From an uncultured Acidobacteriota bacterium (GTDB taxonomy: Bacteria; Acidobacteriota; UBA6911; RPQK01; JAPXNP01), in contig CAVZRV010000027.1 in NCBI GenBank assembly GCA_963777605.1, positions 540,982 to 604,981 on the forward strand: 64,000 bases of DNA, read 5' to 3'. How positions within the stretch are numbered: position 1 is the first letter of the stretch; each line of letters begins with the position of its first letter. The position numbers were made by a program, and so were the translations under genes. Of the stretch, positions 1-12,203 are shown piece after piece. The notes below the pieces were generated by a model that ran no database searches, was not told the DNA's origin, and worked only from the letters and a program-made list of their open reading frames with translations.

Positions 1-338
1 CGCTGGGCAGGATTATGGAATCGGGCAATTGAATCTCTATGGAGAACACTTCCAAGAACCAGTACTCCGCCGTGAGTCATCGCCGCCGGTTCCTTAACCC
101 GAGACCCGTTCAGATATGTCCCGTTCGTGCTCTGCAGGTCCTCAACCAGCCACTCACCGGCGCCATCCTTTAACAGTCGTGCGTGAATTCGGGAAACTCC
201 CGTAAATGGAAGGACAAGGTCACACGAAGGCGAGCGCCCGAGTGTGAAGGGCGCCTGCTCGACGGCGGTGGCAGCCCTCGAACCATCGTGATCCCGGTAC
301 TGAAGAACGAGCCTGGAGGAAAATTGCTCCGTGTCCAT
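1..338 (-). CDS. FHA-domain protein, 5' part (runs off the left edge)
   Basis: Not in the ORF track. Manual translation from ATG at 338 gives MDTEQ...PFTLGRSPSCDLVLPFTGVSRIHARL...WLVEDLQSTNGTYLNG, containing the canonical FHA GR, SRxH and STNGT motifs. Confidence 0.88.
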   Translation of the reverse strand, partial: MDTEQFSSRLVLQYRDHDGSRAATAVEQAPFTLGRSPSCDLVLPFTGVSRIHARLLKDGAGEWLVEDLQSTNGTYLNGSRVKEPAAMTHGGVLVLGSVLHRDSIARFHNPAQ

Positions 339-588
339 ACCTGGCCCACCCAAAACCAAGCTTGCAGACTACATCACTGAGAACCCCTGCGGTCTCGTAT
401 ATTGCATCCTTTATACAGGATCGAATCCCAGTTGTCATTGACTTCTGCGTCAAGTCCCTTTCACCTTGACCCTGCCGGTACCAGCCCATAGAATTCGACT
501 CAAGCTCCACTCATTCCGCATCTTGCGGGATTTTCAGTCGGATGCGAAGCACCAGGGTTCCGGGCATCAGATCCCCGGCGAGGCACAG

Positions 589-3500
589 ATGATTTGCCCA
601 AATTGCGGCCGTCAAAACCCGGACGAGTCGAAAGTCTGTGAATGGTGCTCTCAGTCTCTCTCCCGGAAGGCTGACAGGAGCGCACTCCGAACCGCACGCC
701 GAAGGAAGCGATAGAAACCACGGTCATTGTCCCGCCGCCGGACTCGGAAAAGACCTGGGGGCAATGCGCGAAGCTCGGGTGCTTTGCCTGGCGGCAGCGA
801 TGTTGGCCCCCGCTACCGGATAATCCGGCTCCTCGGCCAGGGTGGGATGGGTACCGTTTACCTGGCAGAGGATCGGGAACTGGAACGGAAAGTCGCCCTC
901 AAACTGATCCGACCGGATCTGGTCTCCGACCCGAATATATTGGCTCGATTCAAGCGGGAAATCCAACTGTCGAGTGAAATAACTCATCCCAACGTGCTGC
1001 GGGTCTTCGATCTCGGTGAGACAGCGACTACCCGATTTGTCACGATGCAATACGTTGAGGGCCAGGATTTGGCAACGCTCCTCAAGAATGAGGGCCGCCT
1101 CCCTCTGGACCAGCGTACTGGATATCTTTCGGCAGATTACCGAGGGGCTTGCGGCCGCCCACCGCAAGGGAGTCACCCACAGAGATCTCAAGCCTCAGAA
1201 TGTCATGGTCGAAAACACCGGCCAAGTCTATCTGACCGATTTCGGCTTGGCACAGTCGGTCAAGCTGACCGCATTAACCGAGACCGGGGCCCTCCTCGGA
1301 ACGCCGTTCTACATGTCCCCGGAACAGGTTAAAGGGGAGAAGGTTGACGCCCGCTCGGACATCTTTTCGCTGGGCGTACTTCTGTACGAGCTGCTGACAG
1401 GCCACGTCCCTTACGACGGGGACTCAGCTTACCAGGTCATGTTTCAACGCTTGCAGCGGCCTCCGACACCGGTCCGGAAACTGAATCCCGACCTCCCCGA
1501 CTACCTCGTGAAGTTGCTCGACAAGTGCCTCGAAACGGACCCATCACTCGCGCTACCGGGACGCCTCCGAAGTCATTCCGGATCTGGAACGGGAGGAGGT
1601 CGAGACTTCCGTCCTCTACCAACTGCGACGGAGAAGATGGCTCCGCCCGCTCACCCTCTCCATCATCGCCCTGCTGCTGGCGGTTGCAGCGCTCTGGACC
1701 TTCCTCCCGAAAGCGGGGGATGCTACCAGTACTGTCGTCGAGGAGCAGCTTCTGCCCGCTGTCGGTGTCCTGCCATTCCAGAACCGGACTGGAGATTCGA
1801 CCCTCGACTGGTTCGGCGAAGGGGTGGCCCGGCTCGTCACCGACTCTCTGTCGACCTCACGGCATCTGAGAGTAGTCTCGATGGCCCGCATGGGCGCATT
1901 GCTCAAGGAAAATCCCGCTGAAGAAGCTCTGCAAGCCGCTGCGGCTGCGGCCGGGATCGAGTTTCTGCTTTCCGGCGAACTTCTCCCGACCGGTGAATCG
2001 ATGACCCTGGCCTCCCGATTGGTCGCGACGAAGTCGGGAGAACAGATCTCCTCAAAACGCATCGACGGTCTTTCCCGTCAAAATGTTCTGGCCAGCAGCG
2101 ATGACGTGGCCATGACCGTCCGGCAGGGCCTGAATCTGCCTTTGACTCGTGACGTGGACGTATTCGCAGCCGACTTCGCCACCCGAAATCCCGCTTCATA
2201 CGAAGCTTACGTACGCGGCTTGCAGGCCCTGACCGACTACCACAACGATGAGGCCGAAAAGAGCTTTCGGACTGCGCTCGACCTGGCTCCCGACTTCACG
2301 ATGGCCCGTTACCGCCTGGCCACCGTTCTGGCCACCACCGGACAAATGGAGGCTGCACTGAAGGAAATCGGCCGCGCGGCGTCGGAAGCCGACTCGCCTC
2401 CCTGACCGAGAATCCCGCTACGTCCGGGCCGCAGAGGCCTGGTACAATCGCCGTTACGACGAAGCGCTGAAAGCTTATCAGGATCTTGTTGACGCCTACC
2501 CATACGAGAGTGAAGCCCGCCTGTTCCTCGCTTACGTCTATTCCGACCTCGGCGATTATGAGCAGGAGGCCGCGCAACTGAAGGTCCTCACCGAACTGGA
2601 GCCCCAGATGCACACCAGTTGGGTCGCGCTGGGGGGAGCGTACCTGCGCCTGGGAGAGTTCAATCAGGCGGTGACCGCCCTGATGCAGTATTTGACGCTG
2701 CAGCCCGACAACCCGAATGCCTACGAGATGCTGGGAAACGCCTATCGGGCCCAGGGGGAGTTTGACCTGGCCTGTGACGAATACCGGAAGGCTCTCGAAT
2801 ACGACCCTGCCTTTCACTTCGCCAGCCACCAGATGGCGGTGACCCAGGCTCTGCAGGGAAAGCTCGATGATGCGGAATCCGGCCTTGCCAAGCTGATTGC
2901 AGACGCGAGCGTCCCTCCCAGCCTGCGGATTGACTCCGCGTTCGACCTGACCTCTCTGCGCCGGGCGCGGGGCCGGTTCTCCAGAGCGAGCCAACCTCTC
3001 GAGGCCCTCGAAGAGCCGATTCGGGAAGAGAAGGTCCGGGAAGCCATGGCGCTCAGCGTTCAAGGTACGAATCTGCTGGAACTGGGTCGGCTGAAAGAAT
3101 CGAAGCAGCTCATTGACCGGGCGATCGAGCGGTCGCCGGGCGTACCCACGCGCTACCTGTTCGCCCGGGGCCTGCTCGAATTGAAACAGGGAGAACTGGC
3201 TAAGGTCCGGCAGACGGCGTCAAAGATCCTCGAAGGATCTCTTCCACCGGATAATCCCGATCGGACCGAGGATAAGGCGGCCGCCTGCCTGACCGGCCTT
3301 GCGCTGCTCAAAGAGGGGAAGGCGCAGGAGTCCGTCGAGCAACTGACCCGTTCAGTCGCGCTGTCCGGCTACGAGTACGCCATCTATCGCCTCGCACTCG
3401 CTGAGGCTTACCTGCAGGCGGGTCGCCTCCAGGAAGCACTGGCCGCCGCGCGCCAGGCATCGGCTCCGCTGGACCCGGTCGAACCCCGACTGGACCTCAT

Positions 3501-3663
3501 GCTGGATCAGGCGAGGGCCGCTCTCGTCCTGGCCCGGGTCCAGGCCGAACTGGGCCGGAGGGAGGAAGCGTCATCCCTGGCCTCGAGCTTCCTTCACAAG
3601 TGGTCGCACGCCGACCCGGGCCTGCCTGAGACCCGGGCGGCGCAGAACCTCACGGGGAAGTGA
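589..3663 (+). CDS. Hanks-type Ser/Thr protein kinase with N-terminal zinc ribbon, TM segment, TolB-N-like region and TPR repeats (split by several frameshifts)
   Basis: CPNC...CEWC at the start; GQGGMGTVY, VALK, HRDLKPQN, DFG and GTPFYMSPEQ motifs spread over ORFs 727-1332 and 1016-1921; TPR-like helices in 1824-2405 and 2608-3663. Confidence 0.88.
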
Positions 3664-3665
3664 CC

Positions 3666-5484
3666 CTATCGCGGCACCGGCGTAATCCGTCCCGCGCCCC
3701 CCGGTGTGACCTCTCCATAGGAGGCGAAGCCGTTTCCATCCAGGTCGTAGAAGAAGTAACAGAAAACGTCCTCCAGCCCATCGTAATAGTGCTTGAAATG
3801 GGCTACCGCTTCGTTGGAGATCAACTCATACTCCGGAGGGAGATCCGAGGCGTCAATCACCCCGTCATCGTTTCGATCCTCCATCACGGCGGGAGCCCGG
3901 CCGTTGACCACGAATGCCCGTACCGTGATGACCAGGACCTCCTCCGGGAGAGCAATTCCGTAGCCATTGAAGCCAACTTCCGTCACCGGGCCGCCGTCGA
4001 CCCGGATTAAGCTCGTGATCGGATTACCCCCTTCCCCCTGTCGAGGGATATTCTCGGGAGCTTCGTCTCCGAGCGAAGGGTCGCTGACCATCTGATCGAG
4101 CAGAACCGTCGGCCTGAACAGCAATCTGGGAGACATCAGGTTGGCTTCCACCCTGACCCGATCACTACCGTCAACCAGGACGTAGGAAACCGTGTTCAAG
4201 AACCCGGAAAGATTCCTCGCACCCACTGCATCCTTGCTCTCGTCATCCAGAATCAGCCCAAATCCCGCGTCGGCGAGCAGTACCAGGCCCGGCAAATCAT
4301 CGTTGGCCCCGGGACCATAACCGTCAAGGACGGGCAACCCGTCGGATGTGCCCAGGTCCGGGCCGATCTCAACTGGAAGATCGTTCGCGCCTGATTGTTG
4401 ATAAGGACCATACCTGGACTTGGCGAATACGTGAAGTAGCGGGTTCTCGGAGCAGAGCCCGTTGGCCGGATCTTCCCTTATCGGAGCGTTGCCTGCCAAA
4501 TCGACGACCCCGGCAAGATCGACATCCGGAGTGAATTCAAGGTAGGTCTCGTTCGCCTCGCAGGGTGGCCCAGTGAAAAAATAGTTGACGTTGAGCCGCG
4601 TATATCGCTCGACGCAGACCCAAGAGGAATTACAGTCACTGTTCCCAATGCAATCCTGACTGTAAGCGTCGCAATTCGCTGAGTTGGCCTCTTCACAGCA
4701 AAACTTGTAGGGACCGTACCGCGGTTCCCAGGACAGGCACCCGTAGTAGGGATCGGAAGGGTCACGAAAGTAATCCGGGTCGTCAAACACGATCCGTCCG
4801 GTTGCGCCTTCCTGAGGAAATTGCATCCCGGAACCCGGTCCGGCGATCCCGATTTCGCCGTTCGCCACCATCTCGATCGTGAGGGGAAAGCCGCTTGTCG
4901 GGACCAAGGGTAACTCGCTCATGTCCTTCGACGGAGAGAGGATCGACAGCTCAATGGGTAATCGAGCAGTGGCGATCTCGCCATTCGGGTACATCTGAGT
5001 CTCGACAACTGCGAAAGCCTGACCAATTTCGAGCATCTCCAGGAGCACTTCCAGGCTCGGCACTGTAGGCTGGAGATCTCCCGGCGTCAAACCTCCCTCG
5101 GCGAGGGTCCCCTGACCGGTCCAGGCATCGGATTGAAAGAGCACCGCGACGATCCGATCGTCCGAAGCCCTTCTGATGTAGGCCCCCGTGACTCCCTCGA
5201 GGTTCGCCACGTTGAGCTTGAACCAGAGTTGGTCTCCGGTCCTTATTCATTTTCAGAGTCATCTGGCCCACGCCCTGCGTCTCGACGGGTGGCCGCACGT
5301 TCCGCCCCGACAGGTGAAGTGAGAGGTTCTTCGAAAACCCTGGCGTGACGAGAACGACAGCCGTCAGGATCATCAACGTCAGATAGCAGCGAGGCAAGCA
5401 TCGGGCCGTCGGCCTCACGCATCCTTTCGTGAAATGACCCGTTGAGGACTTGACCAACAGTCGGCAGGATCCCAGGCGTTCCAT
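3666..5484 (-). CDS. Secreted protein with N-terminal CHRD-like domain, Cys-rich insert and Ca-binding-like loops (frameshift near 5240)
   Basis: Signal-like LTLMILTAVVLV, then LSGRNVRPPVETQGVG.../DQLWFKLNVANLEGVTGAYIR (CHRD pattern); DRNDDGVIDASD and DLDGNG loops near the C-terminus. Confidence 0.55.
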
Positions 5485-5877
5485 CGCGTACCTCCATCAC
5501 GGCCGATAAGGCAGACCAGTCAATATAGACGCGCACAAACTTGACTTCCATATTAATCTGGTCTGATTCGATCCGCAATCATTAAGTCAAATTCCTGCAA
5601 TAAATTTGCCGGGTTTCTTCAATCTGAAAGTGCAGTGGACGGAGGCATCCAAATGGAGGGCCATCTTGGATATGGCCAAGACAAAAAGAGTCGAGCTTCC
5701 CGATCGTCGGCAGTTTCCGGGCATGAGTGCCGCAACGGCAGGATCCGCGATCTCCGGACCCGGAGGTGAAGTCCGTGCTCTTTCCGGTCAACGTCAAATC
5801 TTGAAATCTGAATCCAGCCGCAGTAATCTCGCTCGGTTTATACAGAGATTGCGGTTTCAGACTCCCGAGGTGTTCCA

Positions 5878-6706
5878 ATGAAAAGACTGACTGTGGCCCT
5901 TCTCCCCGTTGCCGGGCTCTTCCTCCTGCTGGCTTTCGGCGGCGCAAGCCGACTCAATTGCCGCCCTGAAAAAACTGGGCATATCCGAAGACGAAGCTCG
6001 CCAGAGTGTCTGGTACAGCCTGAGCGGGGGCTACTTTTCATACCCGGCCAAACCATCCCTCAAGCAGGTTCCCCCGGCCCAACGCGCGGCGCTGGTCACG
6101 CTGATTGGAAAGTTCGCTCGAGCCTATGCGGAATCGGACTCCTTTCTGGAGAACTACCGGAAGTACCGCGAAGAGAGAAAGCCAACTCCTCCCGATGCTC
6201 CCACCACCGCGGAGCAGGATCGCCAGGCCATGAAGGAACAGTACCAGCGCAGTATCAAAGAGACTGAAGAGGTGATGAGTTCCATGCCCCTCGAGCAGAA
6301 GAGGGCCATGGAAGAGACTTTGAACATGATGAAGGAGCAGCTCAAAGCCCTGGACAACCCGGACAATCCGATGTTCAGCAAAGAGGTGAATTCCATCAAA
6401 CAGCAGGGGTACCAGGCAGAACGCCAGGATTACAACAGCCGCCTTGCGGTATGGATCAAGAGCTATCCCGAGTCCCCGAACCAGATGATTCAGCTGCGCC
6501 TGAAGCAGTTCCTCTCGGAATCGGCGGGAGTCGACTTCGACGCGAAACTCAAGCGAAGGGCAGACGGCAAGATGATTTTCGAGAACCCGGCCTACGAGAG
6601 CAAGCCCCCACAGTGGAAACTCTGCTATCGACTCGGGCGGGAGACTGTTGAAGCAGCCCGATCGTTTGCGAACCAGTGGCTGAACGATATTGAGGGGACT
6701 TTCTAG
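5878..6706 (+). CDS. Conserved hypothetical secreted protein (frameshift near 5920)
   Basis: Signal peptide MKRLTVALLPVAGLFLLL in one frame continues as the helical ORF 5909-6706. Confidence 0.6.
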
Positions 6707-7164
6707 GAGAACGGGATCTCGTGCATCTCCAGCCAGTTCCTTGCGATGCGCTCAACACCGACTTTCTGAAACTCCGACCAGGACTGCTCGAGGGAGTGCC
6801 GATAGAGGAGGGCCTGAAATGCGCGAAACGGATCTGCTCCGTGGGCAGACTCGAGCAGTTCATCCCGCAACTGAAGATTCGGCTGACGATAGGCAAACTG
6901 CTCCATCAAATCAGTTTCGTGGAGCCGCAGCCGATTCGGCAGAGGCAGACAGGAAGACGACCCGATCGCCTCTCTAACCTTGGGCAGGAGACGCTGCTGC
7001 CACTCGGGGAGGTAAGCCGGGTCCACTTCCGCCTTGACGTAATCTCGCATCTCGTCAGAAACCGAAATAATTTCGCCGGTGTCCCGATTCAGGCAGGCAA
7101 CCCAGCCGTCTCCCGTGAGAGCGATAAAATCCACAATCAGCTGCAATGAGACAACGACCGCCAC
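6703..7164 (-). CDS. UPF0158 family protein
   Basis: LNRDTGEII...LPEWQ...LMEQFA...LRDELLESAHGADPFRAFQ...WSEFQ...IARNWLE pattern. Confidence 0.7.
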   Translation of the reverse strand: MAVVVSLQLIVDFIALTGDGWVACLNRDTGEIISVSDEMRDYVKAEVDPAYLPEWQQRLLPKVREAIGSSSCLPLPNRLRLHETDLMEQFAYRQPNLQLRDELLESAHGADPFRAFQALLYRHSLEQSWSEFQKVGVERIARNWLEMHEIPFS

Positions 7165-7432
7165 GAGGCGCTCCCAACCAGCAGGCATTCCCCCAGCCTG
7201 CCTTAAGTGAACCCGTTCTACTTCAGACAAGGCCCTGCCAACGCAACATCCAAGTCTTGTCACCGGGATTCTAACCACTCCGATTGGAGATTGCCAGGAG
7301 CGAGAGAAGGGGAGGCAGATGAACGGTCGATCACGAATCCCTTGATTCACGCACTTCAATGTGAGAGAAGGACTGCGTCCGCAGCTGCACTGTGGTCCAT
7401 TGTCGGACCCGGTAAGTCAAGGAGCAGGATCA

Positions 7433-8447
7433 ATGCGAGAGATGGCGGGAATTGCACTGATAATTGCCTTGGTCTCGACCTCAACCGTCATTCGAGGCCA
7501 AACCCTGGTGTTCGAAGGAGAGGAAGGCCCTGGCACGGGCAAGCAGGTCGTCCTCATTTCAGGTGACGAGGAATATCGCTCTGAAGAAGCCCTTCCTGCC
7601 CTGGCGAAAATCCTCGCCGCACACCACGGATATCGCTGCACCGTCCTGTTCGCCATGAGCGGGGAATACATCGATCCTGACAACGTGTCGAACATTCCCG
7701 GCCTGGAGGCGCTCGGAACGGCCGACCTGATGATCATAGCCACCCGTTTTCGCAACCTGCCGGACCATCAGATGCGCTGGATCGACCGCTACCTGCGCCG
7801 GGGAGGCCCCGTCATCGGACTGAGAACGGCAACTCATGCCTTTCAAATCCCGTCGGGTCGTCGGTATGCCCACTACGGTAACGGCTACTCGGGGGAAAAG
7901 ACCCTCTGGACCGGGGGCTTCGGACGCCTGGTGCTGGGAGAAAAGTGGATTGACCACCACGGAAACCACGGCAAGGAGGCCACCAGAGGCATCATCCCCG
8001 ACAACGTCAAGGAGCTTCCCATTCTCAAGGGATGCGCAGACATTTTTGGAACCACTGATGTTTACGAGGTGCGACTTCCGCTGCCCGGTGACAGCCGCCC
8101 ACTGGTTCTGGGTGCGGTATTGGAGGGGATGACACCTGATTCAAAACCCGTTCACGATGAACGCAATAATCCCATGATGCCGGTTGCCTGGACGAAGACC
8201 TACCAAATGGACGAAGGTCAACCGGGCCGGGTGTTCACGACAACGATGGGGGCGGCCGTCAGATCTTCTCAGCGAAGGGCTGCGCAGGCTCATCGTCAAC
8301 GCCGCCTACTGGTGCACCGGCCTCGAAGACAAAATCCCGGAGCGCGCGAATGTTGATTTCGTGGGCCCATACGAGCCCTCCCCGTTCGGCTTCAGGGACG
8401 AGGCATACTGGCGGGACCGCCAGCTCACACCGGCTCAGTTCAAGTAG
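7433..8447 (+). CDS. ThuA-like (class I glutamine amidotransferase-like) secreted protein (frameshift near 8265)
   Basis: VVLISGDEEYRSEEALPALAKILA...GLRTATHAF...PVAWT...GRVFTTTMG, continuing as LRRLIVNAAYW. Confidence 0.75.
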
Positions 8448-8503
8448 GATCGCCAAAACCCTATTCGTCCAGGTTCTCCAATTCATCCAGAACGCAGTTC
8501 AAA

Positions 8504-10047
8504 TCAGAAGTACTTGTCGACGATCCACTGAGGCTGCCATTTGTCGGGCGTACGGGACCGGCCGGTCAGGTCGACCTCCCGCGGTTGAGGATCGCTCACC
8601 TGCAGAGGTTGTTGATCCTCAAGGCAAGCTTGCCACTGTGCGACAAGCGCTGTCATCGCCCGGATCCGCTCTTCCTGCGAGGGGTCGGCGGCCAGGTTCT
8701 CCAACTCATCCGGATCATTCCGCAGATCGAAAAGCTGGAGGAAATCAATCTGGGGATATCGGATTAACTTGTAGCGCTCGTCTCGAACCGCACGGATCTC
8801 TTTAGCAAAGGCCAGAAACAGGCTGTCCCGAACCTTCGAACCGGCACCCGTCCAGATCGCGGACAAGTCCTTTCCGTCCAACTCGGGCGGCACCCCGACG
8901 CCCGCCACGGAAAGCACCGTGGCCGGTATATCCAGCAGATACGTAAGCGCCCCGGTGCTCCCATTCGGAATTCCGGGGCCGGCGAAGATCAAGGGAGACT
9001 TCTGACTGTGCTCGTAAAGGCTCTGTTTTCCGAGCAGGCCGTGGCTGCCGAGAGCCAGGCCATGATCGGCGGAAAACACAATAATCGTGTTCTCAGCCTT
9101 ACCCGCCGATTCCAGCTTCTCGAGAACTCGGCCGATCTGATAGTCCAACCCCGAGATCATCGCGTAGTACTCCGCCAGTTGCTCACGGATGACCTGTTCC
9201 GTCCGGGGCCAGGGAGCCAGATTCTCGTCCCGAACGGTCAGCCATTGCCCGAGGTTGAACGGGTGCTGCGGCATAAAGTTGGCCGGGGCCGGAGGCCGAT
9301 GCTCGTAGTAATAGCGTGCGAAGGGTTCGGGAGGCTGGCGGGGGTCGTGCGGGACCGTGAAAGCCACGTACATGTAGAAATGGTGCCTCGTCCGAGTAGT
9401 TGGTCGAGAAACTGGATGGCGGAATCGGCAAAGAGCTCGGTTGAGAATTTCTCCCCGTCCCGTTCGTTGACAAACTCCCGGTCCTCGTTGAGGTCAACGA
9501 CAGGGACTTTCGTGTGATCCGACATTCCGCCGAAGAACACCGCCTGTCCGCGGTCAAAGCTTCGCAGCCAGGACTCGCGTCCGTTGTGCCACTTCCCTGT
9601 CGAGAAGGTCGTATACCCCGCCCGCCGGAGCCTTTCCCCCAGCGTAACCACTCCACCCAGATCATCGGGAATCCGAAAATAGGCCAGTCCCGAATTGACC
9701 ATCGCCCGGCTCGGCACGCAGACGGCACCGCCGGAAGCACCGAGATTGTAGTTCGCCCGGAAGCTGAATCCCCGTTCGACCAGCCGGTCAAGGTTGGGAG
9801 TCTGAATGTGCCGGTTGCCCCATGCGGCGATCGTATCGGCCCGTTGATCATCCGCGAACAGAAACAGGATGTTCGGACGATTCTCAGGCGTCGGCTGCGA
9901 AACCGCTGCTTGGCGGGAGGCCGGCATCCTCGACGCACTCTTGACGAGCGGGTTCACTCCGGATGCCAATTCGGGAACTGCCAAAACAATCCCCGCTCCT
10001 CCCAACAGGATTATCCAAAGCCAGCGAACAGTCGAAGAGATCGTCAT
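8504..10047 (-). CDS. Sulfatase (Cys-type), frameshift near 9390
   Basis: PNILFLFADDQ, CVPSRA (CxPxR), GKWHN, PHDP, SADHG...GKQSLYE and LFDLRNDPDE motifs. Confidence 0.9.
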
Positions 10048-10116
10048 CGTCTCAGTCTTGCCCCGGGAAGCGCGGCCGTCAAGCCTGGGACGGGATTTAC
10101 CACAACAGTAGGCCGA

Positions 10117-11883
10117 TCAGCGGGTCAACTCCAACGCTGTTTCGGGCTTCGAGCGGACGATCCCGACGACGCAATGGAGGCCGCCGTTGAAGAGAAGGGT
10201 CCGCCGAGCGTAGACGGGGACCACCTGGTAACCCCTGGGCAGCCGCTCTTCAAGTTCGTCGTAAATCAGGTCTTCACCGGGCCCCAGGCCAAACTGGGGG
10301 ACGAAAAGGGTCTTGTCGATCAGCAGACTGTTGACATAGCTGATCCCGGACCAGGGGACTCCAAGATCGGGATCACCCGCGATCCGGGGAACCTTGATCA
10401 CTTGGAAGCCGAGCCCTTCAAGGATCTTCCGCTTCGCCTCCAGATTTCTCCCAATACGGGAACGGAATCCCTCCAACTGGCTTTCCACCACCGAGAGCAT
10501 CCGTCCTGGCAAACGCTCATCCCCCCGGGCTTCGAGGGACGCCGTCACCCAATCGCTGAAAAGAACCCTGTCGTCCCTGGCGAGTTTCTCGCGCCCTTCT
10601 TCGGAGAAGCAGTCTTTGGGATCATTCGGACAGTGCTCGGAGAGGTACGAATTCATCTTCCGGTAAAGCTCAGGATCTTCCCTGAGCGGCCAGTTGGAAC
10701 GCTTTGCCGCTGCCAACTCTTGGGCCAGTTCTTTCTTCGATTTCCTGAAATCGGCAGCCGACATTGCCCTCAACGACTGGAAATTGAGCGACGTCCACCC
10801 CTCCCAAGTCGGGAATCGCTCTTTGAGCGCGCGGAAGGCACCCTGGGCCACCTGAAAATCGTCCAGCAACGGCTCGCCGAGCAGGACGATGTTGTCTTTG
10901 GGAAGGAAAGCCACGAGGTAGTCTACGTGCGAAACCAGATCGGTGAAATCGATGGCCTCATCGGCCCCGAACTCCACCTGCAACACGTAGGCATACTCGT
11001 GCGGCGTCAGGTTCATGGCCCAGTACTGCTTGGCCCCGCTTCCGTAGAACATCAGCAGGCGGGAACGGTCCCTCGGATCGAGCACGAACTGAAGGTCGCC
11101 GCCCTCCCACGACAGGTTGGAGCGAACGAACTCGGACTTGCTGAACGACGACAGCAGTGGCTGGAAAAGGCCGGACGAACCGACATCTCCTTCGATCAAC
11201 TCGCGGGTGAGCAGTACCCTTCGAAAACTCCCCACCCTCCCGCTCTTCAGGTAGTCCTGCACCCAAGGATTGGACATTTCAGCCAGGTTCCGATGAAAGA
11301 GGACCCGGTGGCTCGGGTTTGGAAAATTAAACTCTCTTGCCGAGTCAAGCCACTCGGGGGAGTAGTCGGACGACAGCGACAGATTGAATGTCAGCCCACC
11401 TTCGGATAGAGACCCTATGGCCTTTGCAATATCGAGCGAATCTCCCAGGGCCACGGACCGGCGAGCGATGAAGCTCGCCGCATCAATGTCAAAATAGAGC
11501 TCGGACACCGGGAAATTGTCGGGATCTGCACGAAACCCCCGAATCGTTGGCTCGTAGTAGAGATGACACCGACCCAGCTTGGGAACTTTCGTAACCAGGG
11601 CACGCCGGAACGGCAGGGCCTTTCTCTTGAAGAAGGCCTCGAGTGTGGTCTCATCCGGGGCACAGGCCCGTTTGATGGAATCCGCCACCGCGGCACCGGG
11701 AGCGACGAGACCCGGATCGATTGGCACCAGCGTAACTTTCTGATCGAGAGCCTCGGTGTCAGTGCCCGGCGGACGCGCCCCAAGACAGGGATCGAGAAAC
11801 CCGAAGAGAAACACCATAAACAGGGAAAAAATCGCGGACCGGCCGCCGTGGCTTTGCAGACTCCGAGAGGCGCACTCGAGCAT
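10117..11883 (-). CDS. Secreted amidinotransferase/deiminase-superfamily protein (agmatine- or protein-arginine-deiminase-like)
   Basis: WVQD, EGGD, HVD, YVNSL and terminal GGLHC motifs; hydrophobic N-terminus. Confidence 0.65.
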   Translation of the reverse strand: MLECASRSLQSHGGRSAIFSLFMVFLFGFLDPCLGARPPGTDTEALDQKVTLVPIDPGLVAPGAAVADSIKRACAPDETTLEAFFKRKALPFRRALVTKVPKLGRCHLYYEPTIRGFRADPDNFPVSELYFDIDAASFIARRSVALGDSLDIAKAIGSLSEGGLTFNLSLSSDYSPEWLDSAREFNFPNPSHRVLFHRNLAEMSNPWVQDYLKSGRVGSFRRVLLTRELIEGDVGSSGLFQPLLSSFSKSEFVRSNLSWEGGDLQFVLDPRDRSRLLMFYGSGAKQYWAMNLTPHEYAYVLQVEFGADEAIDFTDLVSHVDYLVAFLPKDNIVLLGEPLLDDFQVAQGAFRALKERFPTWEGWTSLNFQSLRAMSAADFRKSKKELAQELAAAKRSNWPLREDPELYRKMNSYLSEHCPNDPKDCFSEEGREKLARDDRVLFSDWVTASLEARGDERLPGRMLSVVESQLEGFRSRIGRNLEAKRKILEGLGFQVIKVPRIAGDPDLGVPWSGISYVNSLLIDKTLFVPQFGLGPGEDLIYDELEERLPRGYQVVPVYARRTLLFNGGLHCVVGIVRSKPETALELTR

Positions 11884-12203
11884 CAGTCGTCGCTTTCGCC
11901 CGGGAAGGCCAGGGCTCTCCTCGTTACCCCATTCACTTCAGTTTCCAGCTGAAGGACGCATTTGCCGGTCCTGGACTAATTCCCGCCGGCCTATTCGGAG
12001 AACGTTTCCGAATCGTCAATTGTTACGCTGGATTTCATACAGAGAGGCCGGTGACAGCCCATTGCGTCATACGGAAAGAAATGAAGACGAGAACCGAACC
12101 GCCCCCGAAGGAAATTCGACGGTCGATATCCGGACTTCAACAAGACCCAGCTTCGCCGAGCCCCCTTCGTGGTCATGCCGAGCCGGAGCGTTGTTCAACC
12201 GAC

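Noticed and set aside
9514-11409. 631-aa + strand ORF and other long antisense ORFs (e.g. 20071-21489, 23844-24920)
   Set aside because: Shadow frames opposite well-supported genes in GC-rich DNA, with no motifs.
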